From: Zygophlyctis sp. KS116
Lineage: Eukaryota; Fungi; Chytridiomycota
Direction: 5' to 3'
DNA: 32,000 bases
Assembly (NCBI GenBank): GCA_054661495.1
Contig: BAAFSQ010000006.1
Location: forward strand, 30,001-62,000
Below, piece after piece: positions 30,685-32,000 of this stretch (positions are counted from its first letter, which is position 1; each line of letters opens with the position of its first letter). The position numbers and the translations under genes are program-made. The notes beneath the pieces were generated by a model, which saw only the letters and a list, made by a program, of their open reading frames with translations, had not been told where the DNA came from and searched no databases.

Positions 30685-32000
30685 ATGTCATTGGCAGGAG
30701 AGTTATCATATTCAGAATTAAAATCTAAACTTGCATTAAATCTAAAGGAAAACTCCATCGGACAAAAACTTAAGGCTCAATTGAGATATTTCTTAATACA
30801 GAAAATTCAGTCAAAGGCTCCCGAGGGAAACTCAAAAGCTTTGGTTCTAAAGGCCATTGACTCATTAATTATAGATTATCTCAGAAACAATAATAATGAT
30901 TTTACATTGTCAGTATTCTTTCCAGAATCAGGTCTGGATAATTATTCAAATGTAAGGCGCTCAAGCAGAGCAAGAGCATTGCTTTTACTCATTAATATTA
31001 GGTAATGGAAGAAGAAGATATTCTCGCGACTCTTCATCTAAATCCTACATTTTATCCTTTAAAAATGCATTCGATGATTAAGCAGGGTCAAGCTAATGGT
31101 ATTTTTAATACTGTTCACAAACAGATCTTTTAACACGCATTTTACAAGGAATTGGGAATTATTCGGACTATTATCAACAATCAGAAAATGTAGGTATACA
31201 GACTGAAGATTTTGGTCACATTGGAGACTCTTTAGATGTTAAAATGAAGGAATTAGATTCAATTTTTAGATTCAAAAGATCAAAAAACGAGAAAAAGGAT
31301 GAAGATGAGGTGGAAGATCGAATGATTGCATTTCAAAAGAGGTTGGAAACAATAATGAAAGTTGATATGGAACAACAGGTATTATTAGAGTGCTTAAAGA
31401 AAAGTTGCAAAAGTTTAAAGATTTTGAGCTGGCACAATCAAGGTTGGAAGAACGAAAAAGTTATCAGAATCATATTACTCGTTTAAAGTCAGACTATGAA
31501 CAGAAAATTTTAGATATGCAGCAAGAAATGTTATTTATGGAAGAGAAGGAAGGGAAACGATGGGCTACAAGAGAGCATGTATATCCTGTTTTTTTAATCT
31601 AATATAGGAACTCGAAATGGCAAATATGGAAATGAGACAAAGATTATTGGATGAAGGAAACAGAATCGCATTCAAAGAAGCTACACTACGTAATAATATT
31701 GAATTGGAATCAAAGGAAATTGTCATGGAACGGGATTTACTTTCAAGGAAATATAAAGAAGCAGAAGAAAGAATTAGGCAATTAACAGAGTTTAAAGAAA
31801 AATATGCTTTGCAAATGCAGGAAAATATGGCTCAGTATAAAATTGATTTAAATCGAGAGCATGCTAGCCTTTTATCTTCAGTTGAAATTGAAAGAACTAA
31901 ACTGCAGGGAGAAAGAGCTTTACTCAGTGAGAGAGCATCTGTGACTGAGCAAATGATGAATAATGTAAAGCAAGCTCAAATGGATATTGATAATACCCGC
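30685..32000 (+). CDS. OFD1: OFD1-like centriolar protein (LisH plus coiled coil), 3' end outside window; 4 introns seen
   Basis: ELKSKL...G..LKAQLR..LI and LisH LIIDYL....DFTLSVFFPESGL, followed by a long coiled coil (KFKDFELAQSRLEER, ELEMANMEMRQRLLDE). The coiled coil favours OFD1 over FOP/FOR20. Confidence 0.8.

Noticed and set aside
1-32000. Frameshifts, pseudogenes or an alternative genetic code as the cause of the fragmented ORFs
   Set aside because: Every break I traced is repaired by a canonical GT-AG micro-intron. TAA, TAG and TGA all serve as normal stops and Trp is TGG at conserved sites.

Overview
Eukaryotic, AT-rich, very gene-dense DNA from a zoosporic (flagellated) fungus, most likely a chytrid. 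Fungal-type ARP9 and IKS1 co-occur with the centriole/cilium genes CSPP1 and OFD1; this placement is an inference. I assembled 20 protein-coding genes by hand, two of them truncated by the window edges: FYVE protein, CSPP1, Myb/SANT-like protein, PHI-1/EXORDIUM-like protein, prefoldin 3, thymidylate kinase, ARID1/SWI1, TTD14-like NTPase-CYTH, RPP30, MYG1, a multi-pass membrane class I cyclic-nucleotide phosphodiesterase, a cNMP-binding/F-box/LRR protein, an ANTH adaptor, HAUS3-like, ARP9, IKS1, a TM-FN3-coiled-coil protein, an intronless secreted orphan, YVH1 and OFD1. The ORF track is fragmented because about 70 GT-AG micro-introns split the genes. Almost all are 24-33 nt, with an apparent floor at 24 nt and ruler-like 3' splice-site choice. 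Other notable points are a head-to-head membrane-PDE / cNMP-F-box-LRR pair, same-strand gene runs with 2-96 nt spacers, a 29-nt antisense CDS overlap, a GC-rich hairpin ahead of the PHI-1 gene, and short recurrent motifs just upstream of start codons. I saw no RNA genes, CRISPR arrays or transposons. All gene models and family calls come from manual reading and motif recall, not database searches.
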